NCBI GenBank assembly: GCA_963702895.1
Contig: OY969767.1
Location: 1,088,001 to 1,152,000 of the forward strand
Origin: an uncultured Elusimicrobia bacterium
GTDB taxonomy: Bacteria > Elusimicrobiota > Elusimicrobia > 2-01-FULL-59-12
Length of the DNA stretch: 64,000 bases
Direction of reading: 5' to 3'
The position numbers were made by a program, and so were the translations under genes. This document shows positions 39,619 through 48,142 of the stretch, piece by piece. The stretch's first letter is position 1. Each line of letters opens with the position of its first letter. Below the pieces are notes generated by a model. It did no database searches, had not been told where the DNA came from, and saw only the letters and a list, made by a program, of their open reading frames with translations.

Positions 39619-39961
39619 TGAGATCGAACCCGGAGAGGACGATGGCCGAATCTGGGCCTCCCATCGATTCTGAACGGACCAACTGGAGGGCCTTTTGCTC
39701 GTCCGTAGGACCCTCAAAAGCCGCTTCCGGAGCGATGTTCTCTTGCCGTATAAGATAAAACACAGCGAGCGCGGCGGCAAGGCTGATCGCGAGGGTCATT
39801 CGCCCCATCCAGCGCCACTGCCACCACCCAAGAGAGCCGCGGCGGCTTTCCTCTTCTTCAAGATGGGTCAGGACCCTCGTCCATAAGTACGGAGGCGCCT
39901 TTTCCGCTTGCGGCGGAAACGCCTTGTTTTTGACCTTCAGCCACTCCTGTTCAGTCATCAT
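39611..39961 (-). CDS. Putative anti-sigma factor
   Basis: Small single-TM protein coupled to the ECF sigma gene; PPYLWTRV. Confidence 0.65.
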   Translation of the reverse strand: MMTEQEWLKVKNKAFPPQAEKAPPYLWTRVLTHLEEEESRRGSLGWWQWRWMGRMTLAISLAAALAVFYLIRQENIAPEAAFEGPTDEQKALQLVRSESMGGPDSAIVLSGFDLNG

Positions 39962-40569
39962 CGGTTTTCTCTCTTCCTTACGACGAGATCCAGATCGATA
40001 ACGTTCCCATACAGTTGATCATAGGCCTTTTTGAGGGCTTCCCTTGCGCGGTTTAAGCGCGACTTCACGGTGTTCACCGGGCAGTCCATGATTTGCGCGA
40101 TTTCCTCATAGGAACGGCCGTCCAGTTCCCGAAGCGTCAGAATCAGCCGTTCAGAAGGCGCCAGCGCGCCCAGCAGCGCTTGCGATTCGGAGCGCTCCGC
40201 CAGCATTAGATCCGGGTGATCGGTGAAAGGGGCTTTGAGCGTATCTTGAAATCGGGTTTCGGAGTCCTCGCAGAGCGGCTGATCCAAAGAGGTGTGATCA
40301 TAACGTTTTTTTCGCAGGTGATCCAGACAGTGGTTGGAGGCAATGCGATAGAGCCATGTATAGAAAGCGGACTGAGATCCAAACGTTTCCAAGGCGAAGT
40401 ACGCCTTGACGAAGATCTCCTGGAGAAGATCTTCAGCCGTCTGGCGCTGCGTGACCATGGACAGGACAAGGCCAAAGAGCCTGTCTTGGTAGGTTTCGAC
40501 CAGATGGCGGAACGCCTCCTTGTCGCCCTGACGGGCGCGTTGGACAGAAACGCTCTCCTCCAGCCTCAT
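39958..40569 (-). CDS. ECF RNA polymerase sigma factor (RpoE-like)
   Basis: GD.EAF..LV..YQ, AEDL.QE.F.KAY, FYTWLYRIA.N, SYEEIA....P.NTVKSRL.RAR. Confidence 0.93.
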   Translation of the reverse strand: MRLEESVSVQRARQGDKEAFRHLVETYQDRLFGLVLSMVTQRQTAEDLLQEIFVKAYFALETFGSQSAFYTWLYRIASNHCLDHLRKKRYDHTSLDQPLCEDSETRFQDTLKAPFTDHPDLMLAERSESQALLGALAPSERLILTLRELDGRSYEEIAQIMDCPVNTVKSRLNRAREALKKAYDQLYGNVIDLDLVVRKRENR

Positions 40570-41111
40570 AGGGGCGGCGTGACGCGAGGGATTTCGGAGT
40601 TCGGCGGAGCGGCTTCCTCTTTATTGTCTAATTCAATAAATTTCCCGTTCTCGTAAGCGTACGTCGTTTCGCCCGCCGGGCTCCCCAGGATCATCAGAAC
40701 ATCTTTGCTGACGAGTTTCTCGAGGGCGTCAGGCCCCGTTTCGGGAACGGCCTTCTTCTGTGCCCAGAGATAGGTCGAGGGGTCCAGTCCCATGGACAAA
40801 ACGATATGTTCTGCGTAGGTGCCGATATGCTGGAGAAAAATAATGACAATCTGCTCTTCCTGGCCCATGGCCGTCAGGGCAATCTGAATGGCGTAGTCGC
40901 GTTTGCCGTTGCGGTCAAAATCCCCATAGGTGAGGGAGGGCAAGCGGTGGGTCTTTTTCTGGTTGAACTCCTTTTGGACCGCGGCATTCACCGGGGCGAG
41001 TATCCAGCCTGGGTACTCATGATCCAACGTGGTCTTGATTTCAGCCGGCAGAGCGATGGGAACGGTGGGTGTGACAGCCGCGACATGGGTCCACAAGATC
41101 AACAGCCACAT
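40566..41111 (-). CDS. Hypothetical exported protein
   Basis: Signal-like N-terminus, GDFDRNGKRD loop; ATGA overlap with sigma gene. Confidence 0.7.
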   Translation of the reverse strand: MWLLILWTHVAAVTPTVPIALPAEIKTTLDHEYPGWILAPVNAAVQKEFNQKKTHRLPSLTYGDFDRNGKRDYAIQIALTAMGQEEQIVIIFLQHIGTYAEHIVLSMGLDPSTYLWAQKKAVPETGPDALEKLVSKDVLMILGSPAGETTYAYENGKFIELDNKEEAAPPNSEIPRVTPPL

Positions 41112-41138
41112 GCACGAATTATACGAGAGTTGAAGGGT

Positions 41139-41489
41139 CTAATTCAGGGCCACTTCTCTTCGGAAGGCCAGTGCATGGACGGCGTATTTGAACATTCGAA
41201 GTTCTTCACCATAGAGAGAAAGCCCGGCTTGAATCAACGTGCCGTCGACCGAACAGAAGGTGAGCGTGAGCTGTTCATAATCTCCGTAGACCGAAAGACT
41301 TCCGTCTCGGATGGTCCAAAGACAGGCGGGCCTTGAAAAACTGCGAGCGAGGTTTCGGAGGGACTCGAAGGACATCCCGACTTTAAAGTGGACAGCATCC
41401 TCACCGTCGGATGAGAGGTAGTTCAGCGTTGCCCCCAGCATCGTTTCCTCAAACCAGAGCCCTGAGGCGATCGTAATGGTTACGTTCAA
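41139..41489 (-). CDS. Hypothetical protein
   Basis: TTG start with GGAGGGG SD; fills intergenic gap. Confidence 0.55.
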   Translation of the reverse strand: MNVTITIASGLWFEETMLGATLNYLSSDGEDAVHFKVGMSFESLRNLARSFSRPACLWTIRDGSLSVYGDYEQLTLTFCSVDGTLIQAGLSLYGEELRMFKYAVHALAFRREVALN

Positions 41490-41740
41490 ATCGTTCCCCC
41501 TCCTCTTTAAACTCTCTTACCTTGATGGGCAGGATTTGGCAAGACCTTCCAACACCTGCAAACTTGTCCTAAGAGAGGCACGATTGATGTCGATCCGAAC
41601 AGAAATAGGTTGATTTCTAGACAATAATCACAACGTGGACTTGAAGAGGTGTGAAGCCCTGCTGGCGGTTGCGAATCGTCGAAGCGCGCGAAGGTCATGG
41701 CTCTGGTGACCATGGTTTTCAGGACTGTTGGATTTGAGCT

Positions 41741-42118
41741 TCAGAAGACTCGAACGGGGGCTGAGAGCAACCGCTGGACGTTCCTGACGAGATCGATGGG
41801 CTCAAAAGGTTTGTCCATATAAAGGCGGACATTCGGCACAAGCTCCATCATGGGTCTTGCTGCGCCCATGGCGGTGAGAATGAGGACCGGAATCATTCGC
41901 ATGGCGGGATCCTGAAAGAGGATGCCACTGGCCGTGATCCCATCGACCTCCGGCATCATGAGGTCAAGAATGATCAGGTCCGGCTTCTCCTGCCTGGCAA
42001 GGATCAGACCTTCCTTGCCGTCATAGGCAACATGGGTCTCATGACCGTCTTTCCCCAGAAGATGCTGAAGAAGGGTCACGATACTTTTATCGTCATCGAC
42101 AACGAGGACCTTTGCCAT
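41741..42118 (-). CDS. Single-domain response regulator
   Basis: VLVVDDD, LDLMMP, ILTA, KPF. Confidence 0.9.
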   Translation of the reverse strand: MAKVLVVDDDKSIVTLLQHLLGKDGHETHVAYDGKEGLILARQEKPDLIILDLMMPEVDGITASGILFQDPAMRMIPVLILTAMGAARPMMELVPNVRLYMDKPFEPIDLVRNVQRLLSAPVRVF

Positions 42119-42191
42119 ACGTACAAAAGTAGGGCACAAACTGCCAGATTTCAAGGGCTAATTCAGCCCTTGGGGGTGCCGGGCGAGAGGC

Positions 42192-45100
42192 TTATTTCCG
42201 GAGGTAGATCAGCTTAAAAATGGCTTTTTCGCCCAGCGCGCGCGAAATGGCTTCCGTGTAAGCTTGAGCCTGCAGAGCGTAGGGGTCGGATTCGACGGCC
42301 GAACGACCGACGTTTTGGGTCGTTTTGTAGTCCCCCACCACGAGCTGCCCGGATGGGAGGCGGTAGAGGATATCGAGGGTGCCCCGCATCAGCTGACGTA
42401 TCGGCGTATCGGCGTGCCGGCGTACCGGAGTAACGTCGTTACCCCGATACTCCGATACCCCGATACTCCGATCCTGTTCACTATCATAGAAGAACGGCAC
42501 CTCCCTCCCTAAAATCTCCGATCCTTTGATCTCCTCGTAGTCCTTCGATCGCATAAAGTCGGCCAAGAGGCGCTGGGCCTCCTCCACGACGGCGATGATT
42601 TCGGGAGGGTTGCTGGTTTTCCGGCCCAGCTTCAGCTCAGGAAAAGGTTCCAACAGGAGGCCTTCTTGAGCGAAAGAGGTGTTCGCGACTCGGCGTAAGG
42701 CCGTTGGCATCGTCTCTTTTTCAGCTTGAAAGTCCCAGGTTTCGAGGAATTGATGGACGAGCGTGCCCAGCCGTGCGGGATCGATACGGCGAAGCGGAGA
42801 ATCGGCGAAGCGGCGAGTGGACCACTTCTCTGGCTCGCCGGCTCGCCGGCTCGCCGGCTCAGTCCATTGTGTGGGGCTCATCACCCGTAACGTCTTCATC
42901 GCTTGTTCATAAGTTTCGGACTGCTCCTGCCACCGCGCGGCGAGTTCGACTGGCTTAATCGCGGCCAGCCAGGCTGGCTTCGTTGAGTCGGGCGCAGGCA
43001 AGGGCGCCTCCTTCGAAGTGATCGTGTGGGCCGTGAGGGTGCTTTCGCCCATACGGATGAGGCCATCCCCCAGTTCATCCAGATTGAGTTTCCAGGCACT
43101 CGCAAGCTGGTTGAGGAAACTGTCTTTCGCAGGTCGCTTCAAGTGGATGCCTCCGGACAAAATGAGCCGCTCTTTGGCGCGGGTCATGGCCACATAGAGG
43201 ATGCGCAAGTCTTCGGCCGCCTCCCGGACCTTGGCGTCTTCCTCCAGCGCCGCGCAGTCGAGGCTTTCCACATCCTTGTCCAGCGCGATGCCGAGGCGTC
43301 CCGTCGCCCAATCGTAATGCACGCGGAGATTATCCTTCCGCCTGTTTCCGCCCTTGCCTCGGTGCAGACCGGGGAGCCAGACCACAGGAAACTCCAATCC
43401 TTTTGCTTTATGCACGGTCAGGAGCCGCACGGCATCATAGGTTTCGTCTGCAAGAGGATACTCCCCTTCCAACCGGTCGTTTTCCATAAAGCGGTCGATC
43501 TTTCCTAACAGACCGCCCAACGTGGTTTCACCTTCCTCCGCAAAGGATTCCATCAGGCGCTTGAGCTTGAGCAGGTTCGCCATTGTCTGGTCTTGGTGAT
43601 AGGAACGGGCCGCGAGTTCCATGAGATAGGTGTCTTCATAGACATGGTTCAAAATGGATTTCAGGGGCTCACGCTGGGCCCTTCTCTGCAAGTTGTTGAT
43701 CAACTGGAACGTTTTTGCGGCGTGCTGGTCCTCCGGGGGCGCTCTCCATCCGGCCTCTTTGATCGCTGTGAGCTCAGGGTCTGTAAAGCCCCCCAGCGGC
43801 GATCGCAAGAATCCCGCTAAGGCCAGGTGATGGGAAGGGTCCTCGGTCACACGGAGGAGGTTGAGAACATCGGTCACCTCGGGTGTGCGATAGAAGTAGC
43901 GTTCGGCCTCGACCACAAAGGGAATATGGCGCCGGCGAAGCTCCTCGATAAAAGGCAGCATCGCGGTGGTGGCGCGGAAGATGAGCGCGATGTCCTTAAA
44001 CCGAAGGCCGTCCGACGTGCGACGTCCGAGGTCCATATCACTTAGGTTTGTACGTGCCTCTTTGACGTCGGACGTAGGACGTCGGACGCGGGAATCGATC
44101 CACGCCGCGGCGTCCGCCGCTTCTTGTTCGAGAGCTTCCTCGGAGGTTTGTGGTTCGCCGGAAACGGCCAGTCGTAATTCCACATCCTGGTGCTCGCTCT
44201 CTTTGGCCCGCCGGGGGACGAGGGCTTGATAGGCGGGTGAGATCGGATGCTGTTCCTTCATGAGCGACGAGAACGTGGTGTTGATCGTGTGGATGATCTG
44301 GTCGTGGGAGCGATAACTGTCTTCAAGACTGAGGCGCTGGCCGCCTTGCGCGAGCACCATCTCCGTGATGCGCTGGTAGGCCGCAATGTCAGCGCCGCGA
44401 AAACGGTAGATCGATTGCTTCGGATCACCCACAAGGAAGAGTTTCCCGGGTTCGAGCTTCACTTGGTCCCAGCGTTTGGCCTGGGTGCCGAGCTGCTCCG
44501 AGAGAAAGACCAGGAGCTCGCCCTGAAGCGGGTCGGTGTCCTGGAATTCGTCGACGAAAATCTGCCGGATCTTGTTCTTTAAAGTCTCCCTGACATGCGC
44601 CTCACGCGCCACCAGCTCACGGGCAAGCACGAGGAGCGCGTCATTCGAAAGATGTCCCTCTGCCAAAATCTTGGCGCGGAAACGCGCGACAAATGGCTTA
44701 AGCAATTGGGTCAGGTCGCGAAGCTTGACGTTTTCTTCTGCGCCCTGAAGCGGCAGGCGATCCAAGGGCACATCAAATTCACACAGGCGCCGCGCGAGTT
44801 CTCTGATTTTCCCAAGGGAAACCGTCTGCAAGACGTTGAGCCAATCACTTGCTCGAGGCTCGAGGCGATGGGCTCCTGACGAATGTGGGGTGTGCTGGCC
44901 TGGGGCATGGAGCCTGGAGCTGTCTCGGATTCTGGGGCCTGTGCCCTGGAGTTCGTGCCTCAACCAGGCAGGCCATTCTTTTTCAAAGAGATCATCGGCC
45001 CGTACGCCCTTGTCATCGACTTCCGCGGCGGGACTGATGCCTGCGGCGATGGGAAAACGTTTCAACAGGCTGAAGGCGTAAGAATGGATCGTTCCAATCG

Positions 45101-45359
45101 CGGCGCGGTCGATGGCCTCCAGCGCCTCGCGCGCGCGGGATTTCCGATCGTCCGAGGCATCGCGCTCCAGGGTGTTGTGAAGTTCCGCCGCGATGCGCTC
45201 TTTCATCTCGCCCGCCGCTTTCTTCGTGAAGGTCAGCGCGACCAGCGTCTCCATCGGCAGGTTTTTCTGGAACAGAGCCTCTAAAATAGCCTGGACGAGC
45301 GTGTGGGTCTTCCCTGTGCCAGCGCTGGCTTCGATGACGATGTTACGGGAGAGATTCAT
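42192..45359 (-). CDS. addA: AddA/RecB-like helicase-nuclease
   Basis: ASAGTGKT, TFTKKAA.EM, VDEFQDT, VGDPKQSIYRFRGAD, TVHKAKGLEF, YVAMTRA, G.LD...DYKT. Confidence 0.9.
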   Translation of the reverse strand: MNLSRNIVIEASAGTGKTHTLVQAILEALFQKNLPMETLVALTFTKKAAGEMKERIAAELHNTLERDASDDRKSRAREALEAIDRAAIGTIHSYAFSLLKRFPIAAGISPAAEVDDKGVRADDLFEKEWPAWLRHELQGTGPRIRDSSRLHAPGQHTPHSSGAHRLEPRASDWLNVLQTVSLGKIRELARRLCEFDVPLDRLPLQGAEENVKLRDLTQLLKPFVARFRAKILAEGHLSNDALLVLARELVAREAHVRETLKNKIRQIFVDEFQDTDPLQGELLVFLSEQLGTQAKRWDQVKLEPGKLFLVGDPKQSIYRFRGADIAAYQRITEMVLAQGGQRLSLEDSYRSHDQIIHTINTTFSSLMKEQHPISPAYQALVPRRAKESEHQDVELRLAVSGEPQTSEEALEQEAADAAAWIDSRVRRPTSDVKEARTNLSDMDLGRRTSDGLRFKDIALIFRATTAMLPFIEELRRRHIPFVVEAERYFYRTPEVTDVLNLLRVTEDPSHHLALAGFLRSPLGGFTDPELTAIKEAGWRAPPEDQHAAKTFQLINNLQRRAQREPLKSILNHVYEDTYLMELAARSYHQDQTMANLLKLKRLMESFAEEGETTLGGLLGKIDRFMENDRLEGEYPLADETYDAVRLLTVHKAKGLEFPVVWLPGLHRGKGGNRRKDNLRVHYDWATGRLGIALDKDVESLDCAALEEDAKVREAAEDLRILYVAMTRAKERLILSGGIHLKRPAKDSFLNQLASAWKLNLDELGDGLIRMGESTLTAHTITSKEAPLPAPDSTKPAWLAAIKPVELAARWQEQSETYEQAMKTLRVMSPTQWTEPASRRAGEPEKWSTRRFADSPLRRIDPARLGTLVHQFLETWDFQAEKETMPTALRRVANTSFAQEGLLLEPFPELKLGRKTSNPPEIIAVVEEAQRLLADFMRSKDYEEIKGSEILGREVPFFYDSEQDRSIGVSEYRGNDVTPVRRHADTPIRQLMRGTLDILYRLPSGQLVVGDYKTTQNVGRSAVESDPYALQAQAYTEAISRALGEKAIFKLIYLRK

Positions 45360-45488
45360 AGTGAGGCGGCGCGCGGTTGAAAGAGAAATAAAGCATAAGT
45401 CTTGAGTGAAAGCCAGCGAAATCTCGTCCGCCCTTCTGGCGTGAGCGCCCCCCACGAGCCGTGAGAAGCAGGAAATCTTTAGGGGTAG

Positions 45489-45765
45489 GTTGTCTCCTCT
45501 TTCCCTGGAGCAGGCGCCTGCTCGCTCCAGCGAAATTTCCCCCTCCATGGCCCCAGTCCTGCATGGCCACGGAGGGTCAGCGTTTTGGCTTCGGGCAGCC
45601 TGCGGAACTCCCCGCCAGACGTCTTGGCGGGTCAAACAGTCCTCCGCCACTGGGTCTCTGGCGGACGCCAACGTCGTAGTGGCGTCGGCTTGACTCGCCC
45701 TCGCCAAAACGCTTGAAATTTCGAGTCGCTCGTCAGGCTCCTGCTCCAGGGAAAGAGGCGCAACT
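45489..45765. repeat. Structured element with ~50-bp imperfect terminal inverted repeats
   Basis: CCTCTTTCCCTGGAGCAGG near 45496 vs CCTGCTCCAGGGAAAGAGG near 45740; several internal hairpins. Confidence 0.7.
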
Positions 45766-45790
45766 CCATCTTGATAGCATTAACATCTCT

Positions 45791-45975
45791 TGTCGTGGGG
45801 GAGGGAGGCAGCGAACGACTCGCGGACGGCGGCCGGGTGGTGAGCGCGTCCAGCCGAGGATGGTTGAGCCTCGACCTTTGATGTACAGGAAGGAGGCGAG
45901 TTCCGCAGGCTGCGCGAACCACCCAGCCGGGGTGTCCGGGAGCGCCGGAGTGAGTCGCCTCCCTCCCCCACGGCA
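45791..45975. repeat. Second long-hairpin element (~185 bp)
   Basis: TGTCGTGGGGGAGGGAGGC pairs with GCCTCCCTCCCCCACGGCA; inner GGGTGGT..CAGCC / GGCTG..ACCACCC stem. Confidence 0.65.
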
Positions 45976-46017
45976 AGGACTCCCGAAGCTTTCCTGCATC
46001 GCAAGTCGTGATAGCTG

Positions 46018-46046
46018 TTGACACCCCCGGGACGACCTGTTAGGCT
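46018..46046 (+). promoter_or_regulatory. Sigma70-type promoter of the moxR operon
   Basis: TTGACA-17 nt-TAGGCT with TG extension, 8 nt before ATG 46055. Confidence 0.7.
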
Positions 46047-46054
46047 ACCGGTGC

Positions 46055-47017
46055 ATGAGCGCGTTCCCTATGGGCCAGCCCACCTTGATGAGCCATCCTC
46101 TCCGCGCACTCGAAGCGGAGATCGAGAAGGTCTTTGTGGGTAAGACGGAGGTCGTTCAGCGGGCCATGGCCACTTTCCTTGCCGGGGGACATCTCCTGAT
46201 TGAGGACGTCCCTGGCGTGGGAAAAACGACGCTGGCCCTCGGCCTCGCGAAGGCGGCCGGATGCAGTTTCCAACGGATTCAGTTTACCAGTGATCTGTTG
46301 CCCTCCGATATTCTGGGCGTTTCCGTCCTCGACTCGCGCACCCACGACTTTCACTTCAAGCAGGGCCCCCTCTTTCATCAGGTCGTCCTGGCGGACGAGC
46401 TTAATCGCGCGACCCCACGCACGCAAAGCGCTCTACTCGAGGCCATGAACGAAGGCCAGGTGACGGTCGACAACAATACCTACAGACTCCCGGACCCGTT
46501 TTTTGTCGTTGCGACGCAAAACCCGCATGAGCATCACGGCGCTTTTCCGTTGCCGGAGTCACAGCTCGACCGGTTTATGATGCGCTTGTCCATCGGCTAC
46601 CCTGACACCCAAAGCGAAAAAAGCATCCTCAGCGAGCGGATGGATATGGACGCCGTGCGCAAGCTGGAACCGGCTTTGTCCGTACCGACACTTTTGACCT
46701 TAAGGGAACAGTCAGCCCAAATCCGCGTGGCTCCCCAGATCGATGACTATGTCCTGGCGCTCGTGCGCTCGACACGAAGTCTGCCTCGCGTCGAAGTCGG
46801 CGTGAGTCCTCGCGGGGCGCTTGCCCTGCGAAAAGCCTCTCAAGCGTACGCACTCATACAAGGCAGGGATTACGCGACCCCGGATGATGTGAAAGCCTTG
46901 GCGGTGGCCGTCTTGTCGCACCGTTTAATCTTCGCCGCGGACCAGCTCTCTTCGAACATGGAAGAGGCTGAGCGCACCATCGCGTCTCTCTTGCAGAGCG
47001 TGCCCGTTCCTCTCTAG
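46055..47017 (+). CDS. moxR: MoxR family AAA ATPase
   Basis: GHLLIEDVPGVGKT, RIQFTSDLLPSD, DELNRA.PRTQSALLEAM, ATQNP, QLDRF. Confidence 0.95.
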   Translation: MSAFPMGQPTLMSHPLRALEAEIEKVFVGKTEVVQRAMATFLAGGHLLIEDVPGVGKTTLALGLAKAAGCSFQRIQFTSDLLPSDILGVSVLDSRTHDFHFKQGPLFHQVVLADELNRATPRTQSALLEAMNEGQVTVDNNTYRLPDPFFVVATQNPHEHHGAFPLPESQLDRFMMRLSIGYPDTQSEKSILSERMDMDAVRKLEPALSVPTLLTLREQSAQIRVAPQIDDYVLALVRSTRSLPRVEVGVSPRGALALRKASQAYALIQGRDYATPDDVKALAVAVLSHRLIFAADQLSSNMEEAERTIASLLQSVPVPL

Positions 47018-47053
47018 GTCACGAGACAAACCGAAGACGGGGCCACATACCGA

Positions 47054-48142
47054 TTGAGCCATTCCGACATGCCAGAACGGTTTCCCCAGACCCCTGTCCC
47101 CGTGCCCGCGACGTCCTTCGTCGTCGCCTTGCTTCATCTTGCCCGCGCGCCGTGGCGCTGGGCCCGCTGGATGCTCTACGCCCGCCCGATCCGATTTACA
47201 CGCTTTGGTTGGTCCTACATTCTCTTTTCACTCGCTGTTGGCGCGGCCGCCATCAATACGGGAAACAATCTGCTTTACCTGATGCTGGGTCTTTTGCTCG
47301 GGTTCATCATCCTCTCGGGGCTTTTATCCGACAGCTGTTTATGGGGTTTGGGCTGGGAGATACACCCATCAGGCGATTTCTATGCCGGACAGCGCGCTGA
47401 GCTGGACCTGATGGCTCAGAAAAACGGATTCCCTGGTGTCCTCGTTCAAATGGATTTGAATTGGGACCCTGAGGCGACGTCGCGCGCGCTTTTGCCCTAT
47501 ATTGCTCGTCGGGGACGGGCCTTCCAACGACTGGCCTTCGTCCCCCGGAGTCGAGGCATGTTGAACCTGAAGGGCATTCGCCTCTCGACGCGTTTTCCGT
47601 TTGGCTTGTTTGAAAAATCACATTCGTTCCCCACCCAGAAATCCTGGGTTGTTTATCCTTCTGTACAGATGCTCTCGAGGGACATTCTCCGGTCCTCCGG
47701 TGTCCTGCAGGCTGACCAGCCGGCGGGAAGGAGGGGACAGGGATCCATACCCTTGGACCTACGGGAATTTCAAATGGGAGATCCGGGCAAACGAATTCAC
47801 TGGAAATCGAGCGCCAAAAGAGGGCGGTGGATGGTCTCTGAAATGGAAGAGGAAAGCAACTCCACACGCTGGCTCCATGTCCGGGACTGGCCCCAGGGCG
47901 GCGAACTCGAGGACTTTATCTCCTTTGTCGCTTCTTTGCTCTATACGATGCATGCCAACGACGTGGCGATGGGTTTGAGCGCGCCGGGTGCCGTGTTTCA
48001 CCCGGAGATCTCACGCGCCCATCTTAAGAATATGCTCACGTATTTGGCACTGGTGGATCCCCTCAGAGAAGCGACAGTCCCGGACCGGGGCCCCAGAGGG
48101 GGCGGACTGGATGCCCTCGCTTTATGGAGGCATCTGCGGTGA
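47054..48142 (+). CDS. DUF58 domain protein
   Basis: AAINTGNNLLY, RG, FPFGLF, LREF..GD..KRIHWK.SA; start uncertain. Confidence 0.88.
   Translation: MSHSDMPERFPQTPVPVPATSFVVALLHLARAPWRWARWMLYARPIRFTRFGWSYILFSLAVGAAAINTGNNLLYLMLGLLLGFIILSGLLSDSCLWGLGWEIHPSGDFYAGQRAELDLMAQKNGFPGVLVQMDLNWDPEATSRALLPYIARRGRAFQRLAFVPRSRGMLNLKGIRLSTRFPFGLFEKSHSFPTQKSWVVYPSVQMLSRDILRSSGVLQADQPAGRRGQGSIPLDLREFQMGDPGKRIHWKSSAKRGRWMVSEMEEESNSTRWLHVRDWPQGGELEDFISFVASLLYTMHANDVAMGLSAPGAVFHPEISRAHLKNMLTYLALVDPLREATVPDRGPRGGGLDALALWRHLR

Noticed and set aside
42397..44940. In-frame insertions as inteins or introns
   Set aside because: Only ~25-35 codons, with no intein C/S...HN termini and no group I/II intron features.
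45360..45707. Long N-terminal extensions of addA (also lnt to 6719, addB to 53477, holA to 58850)
   Set aside because: They run through repeats or overlap neighbouring genes; conserved domains start at downstream ATGs.
45791..45975. 6S RNA
   Set aside because: Size and hairpin shape fit, but I see no recognisable 6S conserved motifs or typical gene context; left as an unknown structured element.
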